Part shown: positions 1 through 8,471 of the stretch, piece after piece
Numbering within the stretch: position 1 is the first letter of the stretch
Layout: every line of letters begins with the position of its first letter
Assembly (NCBI GenBank): GCA_964529005.1
Contig: CAZGUH010000012.1
Coordinates: 57,007 to 81,006 of the forward strand
Direction of reading: 5' to 3'
DNA length: 24,000 nucleotides
From: an uncultured Ilumatobacteraceae bacterium
GTDB lineage: Bacteria > Actinomycetota > Acidimicrobiia > Acidimicrobiales > Ilumatobacteraceae
Translations under genes and position numbers: made by a program
The notes under the pieces: model-generated
Told to the model about the DNA's origin: nothing
Databases searched by the model: none
Seen by the model: only the letters and a program-made list of their open reading frames with translations

Positions 1-1
1 C

Positions 2-205
2 GCTTACGTCACGATCCGCGGCCAGAGCCCGAGCATGATCGACTTCGTGCTCGAGCTGGCGGCCACGGACGGCGCCCTCACTCCTGACGTGGTGGCGTCG
101 TCCGGCGGCAACGAAGTCGCGATGGTGTACAAGCCGGACGTGAAGGACAACACGCACCCGATCTATCCCGGCACCCCGGGACACTTCGTCTGCCCGACGC
201 CGTAA
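2..205 (+). CDS. C-terminal fragment of an unidentified protein (truncated by window edge)
   Basis: Open frame from base 2 (AYVTIRGQSPSMIDFVLELAATDGALTPDVV...PGTPGHFVCPTP*) ending in TAA at 203-205, followed by a strong hairpin. Confidence 0.5.
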   Translation, partial: AYVTIRGQSPSMIDFVLELAATDGALTPDVVASSGGNEVAMVYKPDVKDNTHPIYPGTPGHFVCPTP

Positions 206-235
206 CGGTCGGCTGCCCCCGTCGCCTGTCGGCTT

Positions 236-269
236 CACGGATTGGGACCCTCGGAGTCCCGAATCCGTG
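236..269. terminator. Stem-loop, probable transcription terminator without a U-tract
   Basis: CACGGATTGGGAC-CCTCGGA-GTCCC(G)AATCCGTG: 13 paired bases with one bulged G and a 7-nt loop, 30 nt after the stop at 205. Confidence 0.55.
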
Positions 270-506
270 GAGATCGGCGACACATCCAGCGCTTTGGCCG
301 TGGGTCAGGAGACGCCGACGGATCGCAGCGGGGGTCCGGCTGACCGTGCGGTGACCGTCAGGCGTGCGCGTCGACTCGGTCGGTTGCTTGCTCCTCAGCG
401 GACGATGCCTGACGCGGACCGGCAGCGACGACATCGAACGGCGCCCCTCATCCGCCGACACCGTGAATAACGTACACTTAGGACGGTAAACGTACGAAAG
501 GGAGCG

Positions 507-1670
507 ATGAAGGCAGCCGGCGTCGAGGTGCCGATCGTGTGGCGAGGGCGCCGTGCGCGGGCGTTCGTACCGACGCTTCTCGCTGATCGGGACCTCGAGT
601 TGGACGCTCGAACGATCACAGCAGCCGCCAGGGCGCAGGCCGCCGTCGAGCAAGGCGCGGAAGCGATGCCGGAGGACCATGTCACGCTGGCGCGGCTGCT
701 GTTGCGAGCCGAGGGTCTCGCGTCCTCGTTCATCGAAGGTGTCGCCGCACCCGTCGCCGACGTCGTGCTGGCCGAGCTCGACGACCGTGGTGCGCCCTCG
801 GCGGCTGCGTGGGTGGCAGCCAACCTCGCGGCTGTGACGGACGCGATCGACGAAGCCCACTCCGGTCCCCTCAGCGTCGAGAGCTTGTGCCGCTGGCATC
901 GAACCCTGATGACCGGCAGCCCGACGCCGGCGCATCACGTCGGCGTTCTGCGTACCGAGCAGGGCTGGATCGGTGGCACGTCGCCACTCGATGCCCACCT
1001 CGTGACGCCGCCCCCCGAGGTGGTGCCGACGCTTCTCGCCGACCTGGTCGCGTACGTCAATCGCGTCGATGTCGATCCGGTGAGCCAGGCCGCGATCGCA
1101 CACGCGCAGTTCGAGATCCTCCATCCGTTCGCCGACGGCAACGGCCGCGTCGGCCGCGTCCTCGTCGCGTGGATTCTCGTTCGCCGGCTCGCGCTGGTCA
1201 CACCTCCGCCGGTGAGCGCGCGCATCGCGGTGGATGTCGGCGGCTACAGCTCGGGACTCGTCCTGTTCCGCATGGGCGACCATGACGCGTGGGTTCGTTG
1301 GTTCGCGGAGGCAGTGTCCGGCGCCGGCCGGGCGCAGCAGGATCTCGTCGCATCCGTCGAACGACTCCAGCGCGAGTGGCGTGAGCGGTTGTCGGCTCCC
1401 CGCCAAGGGTCTCGACGGGTTCGCAGCGACGCGGCGGCGTGGCGCGTGCTCGACCTGCTCCCTCGACGTCTCGTGCTCACCGGGTCCGTCGTCGCCGGCG
1501 AGATCGGCGTGCCGTTGAAGTCAGCGAACGCCGCATTGCGGGACCTCGTCCGCGCCGGCATCCTCGTCGAACACGGCGCTGTGCCGGGGAGCGGGCGAGG
1601 ACGGCCGAGTCGCCTCTACGCGAGCGCCGAGCTGCTCGGCCTCGCGGGCTCGAATCCGCTTCGATCGTGA
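507..1670 (+). CDS. Fic family protein (class II-like Fic/AMPylase)
   Basis: Fic motif HPFADGNGRVGR at nt ~1122-1157; N-terminal SSFIEG fits the inhibitory [S/T]xxxE[G/N] motif; purine-rich GAAAGGGAG upstream of the ATG; C-terminal winged-helix-like segment. Confidence 0.92.
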   Translation: MKAAGVEVPIVWRGRRARAFVPTLLADRDLELDARTITAAARAQAAVEQGAEAMPEDHVTLARLLLRAEGLASSFIEGVAAPVADVVLAELDDRGAPSAAAWVAANLAAVTDAIDEAHSGPLSVESLCRWHRTLMTGSPTPAHHVGVLRTEQGWIGGTSPLDAHLVTPPPEVVPTLLADLVAYVNRVDVDPVSQAAIAHAQFEILHPFADGNGRVGRVLVAWILVRRLALVTPPPVSARIAVDVGGYSSGLVLFRMGDHDAWVRWFAEAVSGAGRAQQDLVASVERLQREWRERLSAPRQGSRRVRSDAAAWRVLDLLPRRLVLTGSVVAGEIGVPLKSANAALRDLVRAGILVEHGAVPGSGRGRPSRLYASAELLGLAGSNPLRS

Positions 1671-1700
1671 TCACGCGCCGACGATCTATCGTCCGATGGC

Positions 1701-2753
1701 ATGCGTGCGTGCTGGGTGGAACAGCCCGGGCGGATCGACGGTCATCCGTTGCGGTTCGGGCGTCGCGCTGTGCCGAGCGCGGGGCCGGACGATCTGCTGG
1801 TGGAGATCGAAGCGAGCGGTGTGTGCCGGACGGATCTGCACCTCGCCGAAGGCGACCTCTCCCCGCGCCGGCCAGGCGTGATCCCGGGGCACGAGGTGGT
1901 CGGCCGTGTCGTCGACCAAGGGGCGAACGTCGTGGGCGATCGTCGTGGGCAGCGGGTCGGCATCGCATGGCTGCGCTGGACGTGTGGGGGGTGTCGATAC
2001 TGCCTTCTCGGCCGCGAGAACCTGTGTGAGAACGCACGCTTCACCGGATGGGACGACGACGGAGGGTTCGCCGAGTTCGCCACCGTCGACGCGCGCTTCG
2101 CCTACCCGATTCCGGACGAGCTGGATGCTGTCAGCGTGGCTCCGCTCCTGTGCTCCGGCATCATCGGCTATCGAGCGCTGCGTCGTGCCGACCTTCCTCC
2201 GAACGGCCGTCTGGGCATCTACGGCTTCGGCGCCTCGGCGCACATCACCGCGCAGATCGCGCTCCACCTGGGCGCGCGGGTGCACGTCCTGACGCGCTCG
2301 GAGAACGCGCGCCGGCTCGCTCTCGAGCTGGGCTGCCATTCGGCCGGCAGCACCTCCGAAGGTCCGCCCGAGCCGTTGGACTCGGCGATTCTCTTCGCTC
2401 CCGCGGGTGGGCTGGTGCCGATCGCATTGCGCGCCCTCGACCGCGGCGGAACCCTCGCCATCGCCGGCATCCACTTGAGCGACATCCCGCCGATCGACTA
2501 CGCCGCCGAGCTGTTCAACGAGCGCCAGATCCGCAGCGTGACCGCCAACACCCGCTCGGACGGGCACGAACTGCTCGCCTTGGCGCAGAGCATCCCGCTG
2601 CGGGTGCGGACCACCGTCTACGCATTGGACGAGGCGCACCGCGCGTTGCGCGACCTGGCCGGGGATGATCTGGTCGGCGCAGCTGTCCTCGTGCCGACCA
2701 TGGAGACGACGGCGACCACGGAGTCCAGCGAGGCGCCCGGACAAGGTTCTTGA
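1701..2753 (+). CDS. Zinc-dependent alcohol dehydrogenase (MDR family)
   Basis: GVCRTDLHLAEGDL, GHEVVGRVVDQG, CGGCRYCLLGRENLC (structural zinc cysteines), degenerate Rossmann segment GIYGFGASAH. Confidence 0.9.
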   Translation: MRACWVEQPGRIDGHPLRFGRRAVPSAGPDDLLVEIEASGVCRTDLHLAEGDLSPRRPGVIPGHEVVGRVVDQGANVVGDRRGQRVGIAWLRWTCGGCRYCLLGRENLCENARFTGWDDDGGFAEFATVDARFAYPIPDELDAVSVAPLLCSGIIGYRALRRADLPPNGRLGIYGFGASAHITAQIALHLGARVHVLTRSENARRLALELGCHSAGSTSEGPPEPLDSAILFAPAGGLVPIALRALDRGGTLAIAGIHLSDIPPIDYAAELFNERQIRSVTANTRSDGHELLALAQSIPLRVRTTVYALDEAHRALRDLAGDDLVGAAVLVPTMETTATTESSEAPGQGS

Positions 2754-2878
2754 GCCATGGCGGCCTGACGACGGACGGCTCAACCCTCCGTGGTCGGGCG
2801 CCGATACGTGGGCTGCGGGTTCGTTCGGTCGTGGCGGGCGGGCGCGCGGCGTGTCAACAGATCTACGGAGGTGGCTGG

Positions 2879-3484
2879 GTGAGGGTGTTGCGAACGGCGA
2901 CGATCGTGATGAGCGGACTCGTGGCGGTCGCGGCCTGTGGCGGTGGCGACGACGGGCCTGTCGCGGCGGACAGCACGACCGCGGGGCAGTCCTCGACCGC
3001 GGGGCAATCCTCGGCCGCCGACGGAGTGTGGAGCGGGGAGACCGAGCAAGGCACGCTGTTGTCGGCGGAGCTGTGGGTCGACCCCGCCGCTGACACGGCG
3101 CTGGCGGCGTTCGACGAGTACCGCGCGATGATCAGCGCCCCAGAGGTTGCGTACGTCCGTGTCGTCGCGGACAACAGCGACGGCGATGCCGACGACACCG
3201 GGCGCTTCTTCACGTTCACCGACGGCGGCGGCGACATCTTCGCCGACGACGTGGTCACCAGCACGTTCTTGTGCTCGACGCTCAGCACCGACTGGGTCCC
3301 GCCATCGGACGCGTCCCAAGACGTCATCGACGCCTACGCGGCCTTGTACAACGGGCCGTGCGCCACGAGCACGCTGATGGTCCCCGTTCCGGCGGGCGAA
3401 TCGGTCACCTACTACCTGGTGGTCGACGAACGGCCGGCGTTCGAGCGAATCTTCGCCGGAGCGGGCAACGAGCTCAGCAACTGA
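2879..3484 (+). CDS. Putative secreted lipoprotein, unknown function
   Basis: GTG at 2879 preceded by ACGGAGGTG; product VRVLRTATIVMSGLVAVAACGGGDDG has a lipobox-like VAAC. The ORF-track start at 2750 lies too far upstream for this signal peptide. Confidence 0.7.
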   Translation: MRVLRTATIVMSGLVAVAACGGGDDGPVAADSTTAGQSSTAGQSSAADGVWSGETEQGTLLSAELWVDPAADTALAAFDEYRAMISAPEVAYVRVVADNSDGDADDTGRFFTFTDGGGDIFADDVVTSTFLCSTLSTDWVPPSDASQDVIDAYAALYNGPCATSTLMVPVPAGESVTYYLVVDERPAFERIFAGAGNELSN

Positions 3485-4805
3485 GCCGCTCGTCGGCGTC
3501 CGCTGGCGGCAGCGTCGGGTGGGCTTGATACTCGGTGATGGACGACTGGCCCATCACGAGCTCGGCGGCGACGGCGGCGATCAGCCCGGGGACGACGAAC
3601 GCGGGGCGGCCCGTGGTCTCGGCGACGAACATGACGCTTGCCAGCGGGACGCGATAGCCGGCGCCGAGGAAAGCGGCGATGCCGATCACGATGAACAGGC
3701 CCATGTCGGCGTCGTTGACCAGATCCCCGACGGCCGCTCCGGTGAGCGAGCCGGCGACCACGAGCGGGATGAACAAACCGCCCACACCGCCGCCGGCGAC
3801 GGTGGCGGCGGTCGCGACACATCGCACGATCAACAGCGCGACGAGCACCCAGACGGACCGGTCGGGTTCTCGTATCCAGTCGAGGAGCCGGTAGCCCGAG
3901 CCGAGGACGAGGGTGTCGTCCGTCAGCGCGTGGCCGACCGCCACGAGCCCCGCGATCATCGCTCCGGCGACGACGGTGGCGACGAAGGCATGTGATTGGT
4001 TCGCGACCTTCTTCGCCCGGCGCAGCAGCCAGCCGAAGATGCGTGCTCCGACTCCACAGATCACGCCGAGAGCGGCCACGCCTGCGAGGTCACGGAAGCT
4101 GAAGTCGGGTGCGCCCTGCACCGGGAACAGCCGTTCCGTGCCGTTGATGGCCGCGAACACGAGGTAGCTCGTCGCGCTCGCGACGAGCGCCGGCAGCAGC
4201 ATGCGCCGAGCCAGGTCGCCGCGGTACGGCACCTCGAGAGCGAAGACCGCGCCGGTGGCGGGAGCCTTGAAGATCGCGGCGACCCCAGCGGCCGCGCCGG
4301 CAACGAGCAGGACGCGGCGGTCGGACTCGCGGAACGTGCGCGCGAACCGCCGCTGGACGTTGGAGCCGATCGTCGCGCCGGCGTAGAGCGACGGTCCTTC
4401 GAGACCCATCGGAGCGCCGCTTCCGAGCGTGGCGACCGCTGCAAGCATCCGTCCCGCCATCGCCCGCCAGGTGAGGCGATGTCGAGGTTGATGGAAGGCG
4501 CGGAGGTACTCGTCCGACGTCGCAGGCGACGCGCGGCCGCCGACGGTGCGTCTGAGCGAGAACGCGACGATCAGGCCCACGGCAGGCAAGAACGCCATCA
4601 CCGCGCTGGGCAGCTCGAGGACGCGCTCGAACGTGACCTCGACGACCAGCCGATCGAACACGGCGACCACCAGCCCGGTCGCGACGCCGGTGATCGCCGC
4701 CATGAGGACGACCTCGTGGGATCGCCGCGCCAAGGCGCGCAGCTCTGCTCGACGGTGTTCCGGGAACAGTCGGCTCGTGCTGGTCACGACCAGCCGAGCT
4801 TCCAT
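3474..4805 (-). CDS. ClC-family chloride channel/transporter
   Basis: GSGAPMGLEGPSLYAGATIG (GxEGP motif), GGVGGLFIPLVVAGSLTGAAVG (GxFxP motif), LGAGYRVPLASVMFVAETTG; many hydrophobic segments. Confidence 0.9.
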   Translation of the reverse strand: MEARLVVTSTSRLFPEHRRAELRALARRSHEVVLMAAITGVATGLVVAVFDRLVVEVTFERVLELPSAVMAFLPAVGLIVAFSLRRTVGGRASPATSDEYLRAFHQPRHRLTWRAMAGRMLAAVATLGSGAPMGLEGPSLYAGATIGSNVQRRFARTFRESDRRVLLVAGAAAGVAAIFKAPATGAVFALEVPYRGDLARRMLLPALVASATSYLVFAAINGTERLFPVQGAPDFSFRDLAGVAALGVICGVGARIFGWLLRRAKKVANQSHAFVATVVAGAMIAGLVAVGHALTDDTLVLGSGYRLLDWIREPDRSVWVLVALLIVRCVATAATVAGGGVGGLFIPLVVAGSLTGAAVGDLVNDADMGLFIVIGIAAFLGAGYRVPLASVMFVAETTGRPAFVVPGLIAAVAAELVMGQSSITEYQAHPTLPPADADERLSC

Positions 4806-5251
4806 GCCTCGGAGACCTCGCCTGCGGCCTGCGCAAAGGCGTTCATGGCGTCGATCGCCGGCTGCCGAAGGTCGGCGGGGATGCGGGCGACGATCTCGCG
4901 GATCTCCCGCCGCCGGACGGCGCTGACGTCGTCCACGATGTTCTGGCCGCGCGGGAGAAGGGTGATCGAGGTCTCGCGCCGGTTGCCGCGATCGACGGAC
5001 CGGCGAACGAGCTTCAGATCGACCAGCCGATCACACAGCCGTGTCGCCGTGGATCGGTGGATGCCGAGCACCGCCGCCAGCTCGCCGACGTGGAGCGGTC
5101 CCTTGGTGGCGAGGACCACGAGCGCCCGGTACTGCACGAGCGTGACCTCCGCGTCGACGCCGGCCAACGATCTCGCCGCCACACCCACGAGCGCCCGTGA
5201 CGAGATGAGCAACGCCTCGGCGAGTTCCGTTGCGTCGTCTGCGCGAGCCAC
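4784..5251 (-). CDS. MarR-family transcriptional regulator
   Basis: VQYRALVVLATKGPLHVGELAAVLGIHRSTATRLCDRLVDLKLVRRSVDRGNRRETSITLLPRG is a typical MarR winged helix; overlaps the ClC gene by 22 bp; GTG start. Confidence 0.88.
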   Translation of the reverse strand: MARADDATELAEALLISSRALVGVAARSLAGVDAEVTLVQYRALVVLATKGPLHVGELAAVLGIHRSTATRLCDRLVDLKLVRRSVDRGNRRETSITLLPRGQNIVDDVSAVRRREIREIVARIPADLRQPAIDAMNAFAQAAGEVSEAWKLGWS

Positions 5252-5380
5252 AGGTGCACTCTACAACTGTTGCTGGCGACACCACTTTCTGACGTCGACC
5301 TCGATGTCGGCGTCGGCCCGCCCGCCGTGACGGCGTGCTCGGCGCACACCGGCACGGCGTGGGGAACGGGCCCTCGTCGG

Positions 5381-6232
5381 TCAGGCTGGTTCGGGCGCCG
5401 CCAGCGTGAGCGCGATCAGCTGGTCGAGCGTCTCCTGCCCCGGTCCCGGCACGTTCGGCTGACCCGCCATCCGCCGCAGCCTCTCGAACCCCTGGGCGAT
5501 CGAGCGGCCGCGCAGGACCGCTCCGTGGGCGGACGCGATGGTGGTCGGCGACATCGACTCGATGCGGTCGACGTGGCGGCCGTAGACCGCCGGGTCGAGC
5601 CACGCGTGCCACGGCGACACGAGGCTGTTGAACAGCGCGAACGAGCCGTCGTACAGATCGCGCGGGACGTCGGATGCTTCGTCGACGGCGCCGATCGTGA
5701 GGGCGGCGAACGAGTCGACCGCCCACATCACCCCTGTGCGTTCGTCGTAGAGTCCGCGCGTCGTCGGTCCGTCGAAGATCGGCGGCCGGAACAGGTGCAG
5801 GGTGCGGTCGCCGACGTCGAAGGCGTCGCCGACGTCGAGCCACACCTGGCGGTCGATCGCCAGCTCGCCGGGGCGATCCGCACGCATCCGCTCGTTGGTG
5901 AAGAAGTTGACGACGACGGTCGCGTTGGGCGCCAGATCCAGCAGCGGGACCAGGTTGCCGACGTGGTCACCGTCGTCGTGCGACAGGAAGATCCACCGGA
6001 TGTCCGCGGGGTCGAGCAGCGACGTCACCGACTCCAGCCACTGCTCACGGAACAGCGGCGCGCCGGTGTCGACGACGACGGGTTGCTCGCTGAGGATCAC
6101 CATCGAGTTGAGATAGACGAACGTACCGGGCTCGGCGGGAAGGAAGCTGGGGATCAGGTACGTGTCGGCGGCGATGCGCTGAGGCGCGGTGGTGTGCGGA
6201 GCGACGGGCGCGTCGAGGTCGAGGATGGTCAT
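5381..6232 (-). CDS. MBL-fold metallo-hydrolase (flavodiiron/ODP-like)
   Basis: VVDTGAPLFREQWLESV and HDDGDH metal-binding motif (FLSHDDGDHVGN); later ASAHGAVLRG. AGAAAGG upstream of the ATG. Confidence 0.82.
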   Translation of the reverse strand: MTILDLDAPVAPHTTAPQRIAADTYLIPSFLPAEPGTFVYLNSMVILSEQPVVVDTGAPLFREQWLESVTSLLDPADIRWIFLSHDDGDHVGNLVPLLDLAPNATVVVNFFTNERMRADRPGELAIDRQVWLDVGDAFDVGDRTLHLFRPPIFDGPTTRGLYDERTGVMWAVDSFAALTIGAVDEASDVPRDLYDGSFALFNSLVSPWHAWLDPAVYGRHVDRIESMSPTTIASAHGAVLRGRSIAQGFERLRRMAGQPNVPGPGQETLDQLIALTLAAPEPA

Positions 6233-6307
6233 GGGAGTTGCCTTTCTGTGATGGGTGGTTGGTTTGGAGGTGGTCGGATTCGACCGGGGCCGTCTGGCAT
6301 CGAGGCG

Positions 6308-6742
6308 TCAGGCGGCGGGTGGGGAGAACAGCTCGAGCTGGACGTTGTCGGGGTCGCGGAACACGAGCACCGACCCGTAGAACTCGTCCGCGATCGGTGA
6401 TTGGGTGAGCGCCGTGTCGGCCACGTCGGCGCGTACGACCCCGTTCGCTTCCAGGTGTGCTTGCCAGGCCTCGAGATCAGCGCGGGTCGGCACGGCGAAG
6501 CCGACGTGGTCCAACCCGGTCACCGTCTCGGCGAAGTGGGCGCCGTCGTTTCGGTCGTGGCGATGGAGCACGAGCACGAGTTCCATCGCGTCGTCGGCGA
6601 GCAGCTTGCCGACGCCCCCTTCGTGGGGCGCGTCCAATCGGTGCTCGATCCCGAAGACGCGCTCGTACCAGGCGACGCTGGCATCGAGGTCGGTGACGGT
6701 GATGGCGACGTGGTGCAGGCGGGGCGCGACGGGTGAAGGCAT
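6308..6742 (-). CDS. VOC/glyoxalase-bleomycin resistance family protein
   Basis: LHHVAITVTDLDASVAWYERVFGIEH...GLDHVGFAV...VLVFRDPDNVQLELF; GGAG upstream. Confidence 0.9.
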   Translation of the reverse strand: MPSPVAPRLHHVAITVTDLDASVAWYERVFGIEHRLDAPHEGGVGKLLADDAMELVLVLHRHDRNDGAHFAETVTGLDHVGFAVPTRADLEAWQAHLEANGVVRADVADTALTQSPIADEFYGSVLVFRDPDNVQLELFSPPAA

Positions 6743-6799
6743 CGGTGTCTCCTGTTCGTGCTGATGGTCGTGTCGGGTGGTGAGGCGAGCGATGTGCTG

Positions 6800-7408
6800 T
6801 CAGCGACGCCTGCCGCGTGCTCGCTTCGCGCGGCAGTGGCTGATGAACATCTCGACGACGTCGTCGACGAGGTCGATCCATCGATGACCACCGGGATCGT
6901 TCGACACCTGTTGGTCGACCAATCCGGTGTTGAGCGCCGTCCACATGTCGAGGTGGCGCGGGTCGTCGATGCCGGCGTCGGCCAAGCGTTGCCGCGTCGC
7001 GGCGAGCGCCTGCTGTGCCGGCTCGTACGCTTCGGGCGTCGGCTGGAAACCGGGGATCGTGCGCTGGAACAGCAGCTGGTACCGCGCCACGTCGCTGGTG
7101 CAGAAGTCGAGGAAGCGGCGCATTCCCTCGGCCAGCGCGGCCTCAGGGTCGGGGGCCGCGGACGGCCGCGTCATCCACTCGGTGAACTCCGTGGCGGCGC
7201 GCCGGAACATCGCGTCGTAGATCGCGAACTTGGAGTCGAAGTAGGCGTACACCGTGGGCGTCGTGATGCCGGCCTCTTTGGCCAACTCACGAAGCGACAA
7301 GCCAGCGAGCCCTTCGGCGCGTACGAGTCGCCACGCGGCGTCGACGACCGACTCGTGCGCCGCTCGGCGCTTCGCCTCTCGCCAGCCGGCCGCTTCGTTG
7401 TACGTCAT
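6800..7408 (-). CDS. TetR/AcrR-family transcriptional regulator
   Basis: VVDAAWRLVRAEGLAGLSLRELAKEAGITTPTVYAYFDSKFAIYDAMF; start reassigned from 7606 to the ATG at 7408, where homology begins. Confidence 0.9.
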   Translation of the reverse strand: MTYNEAAGWREAKRRAAHESVVDAAWRLVRAEGLAGLSLRELAKEAGITTPTVYAYFDSKFAIYDAMFRRAATEFTEWMTRPSAAPDPEAALAEGMRRFLDFCTSDVARYQLLFQRTIPGFQPTPEAYEPAQQALAATRQRLADAGIDDPRHLDMWTALNTGLVDQQVSNDPGGHRWIDLVDDVVEMFISHCRAKRARGRRR

Positions 7409-7444
7409 GAAGCTAAATTTATACAGCGTGAAGATTTCTGTCAA
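7409..7444 (-). promoter_or_regulatory. sigma70-like promoter of the TetR gene, predicted leaderless
   Basis: Minus strand reads TTGACA-N17-TAAATT-N7-ATG; -35 complement at 7439-7444, -10 complement at 7416-7421. The -10 overlaps the 8-bp palindrome TAAATTTA. Confidence 0.65.
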
Positions 7445-7538
7445 CGGCGTAAAGAGGAGATTCTGTCTGTCGACCACACACCCCGGTCGCGAGTGCAAGC
7501 ATGAGGACGTGGCCGACCGGTCCGAGGAGGAGCGCGCC

Positions 7539-8471
7539 GTGGCGATGACCGATGTTCGAGGATGGCCGTCGATCCCGGTCGCTGCGTGGGAGGACACGCG
7601 CGACACGCTCCAGCTCTACCTCCAGGTGGTCGGCAAGGTCCGCATGGTCAACGAGCCCGCGCTGAACCATTGGTGGAACGTCCCGCTGTATGTCTCGGCG
7701 CGCGGCCTCACGACGTCGTTGGTGCCGCACCCGACGGGCCCGTCGTTCCAGATCGACGTCGACTTCGTCGACCACCGGCTCGACATCGCGACGGTCGCGG
7801 GCGAGCATCGGACGCTCGACCTCGTGCCTCGCCCGGTCGCCGACTTCTACGCGGCGACGATGCAGATGCTCGACGAGCTCGGGCTCTCCACCGAGATCTG
7901 GCCGATGCCGGTCGAGATCCCGGGGGCGATCGCGTTCGACTCCGATCGCGCGCACGCCAGCTACGACCGCGACGCGGTGCATCGCTTCTGGCTCGCGCTG
8001 GTGCAGATGACGCGCGTGTTCGACGTGTTCCGCGGCCGGTTCGTCGGCAAGTCGAGCCCCGTCCACCTGTTCTGGGGCGCCCTCGACCTGGCGTCGACGC
8101 GCTTCTCCGGCAGGACGGCGCCACCGCATCCCGGCGGCGCGCCGAACTGCGGCCCGCACGTCATGTGGGAGGCGTATTCGCACGAGGTGAGCAGCTGCGG
8201 CTACTGGCCGGGCCCGCCCGGGGAAGAAGGCGTCTTCTACTCCTACGCCTATCCGGAGCCGACGGGCTACCGCGATGCTTCCATCACTGCTGCGGGCGCC
8301 CGCTGGGACGACGAACTCGGCGAGTTCGTCCTGCCCTACGAGTTGGTCCGCACCGCCGCCGACCCCGACGCCGTTCTCCTGGAATTCCTGGAGAGCACGT
8401 ACCGTGCGGCGGCCGTCGCCGCCAACTGGGACCGTGCCGCGCTCGAACGTCACCCAGTCACGCCGGCCTGA
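7539..8471 (+). CDS. DUF5996-like protein, unknown function
   Basis: WPSIPVAAWEDTRDTLQLYLQVVGKVRMVNEPALNHWWNVPLYVSARGLTTS...FDVFRGRFVGKSSPVHLFWGALDLASTRFSGR. GTG at 7539 (or ATG 7545) has an upstream GGAGGA; the ORF-track start at 7254 overlaps the TetR gene. Confidence 0.78.
   Translation: MAMTDVRGWPSIPVAAWEDTRDTLQLYLQVVGKVRMVNEPALNHWWNVPLYVSARGLTTSLVPHPTGPSFQIDVDFVDHRLDIATVAGEHRTLDLVPRPVADFYAATMQMLDELGLSTEIWPMPVEIPGAIAFDSDRAHASYDRDAVHRFWLALVQMTRVFDVFRGRFVGKSSPVHLFWGALDLASTRFSGRTAPPHPGGAPNCGPHVMWEAYSHEVSSCGYWPGPPGEEGVFYSYAYPEPTGYRDASITAAGARWDDELGEFVLPYELVRTAADPDAVLLEFLESTYRAAAVAANWDRAALERHPVTPA

Noticed and set aside
78-1406. 442-aa minus-strand ORF antisense to the Fic gene
   Set aside because: Low-complexity Arg/Gly/Ala-rich translation without motifs; a shadow of the high-GC Fic reading frame, which has clear conserved motifs.
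1686-2783. 365-aa minus-strand ORF antisense to the alcohol dehydrogenase
   Set aside because: Codon-shadow ORF; the plus strand encodes recognisable MDR zinc motifs.
3996-5330. 444-aa plus-strand ORF antisense to ClC and MarR
   Set aside because: Composition typical of a shadow frame; overlaps two well-supported genes.
7254-7538. Upstream extension of the DUF5996-like ORF
   Set aside because: Runs through the TetR 5' end and promoter; a good Shine-Dalgarno and start exist at 7539/7545.
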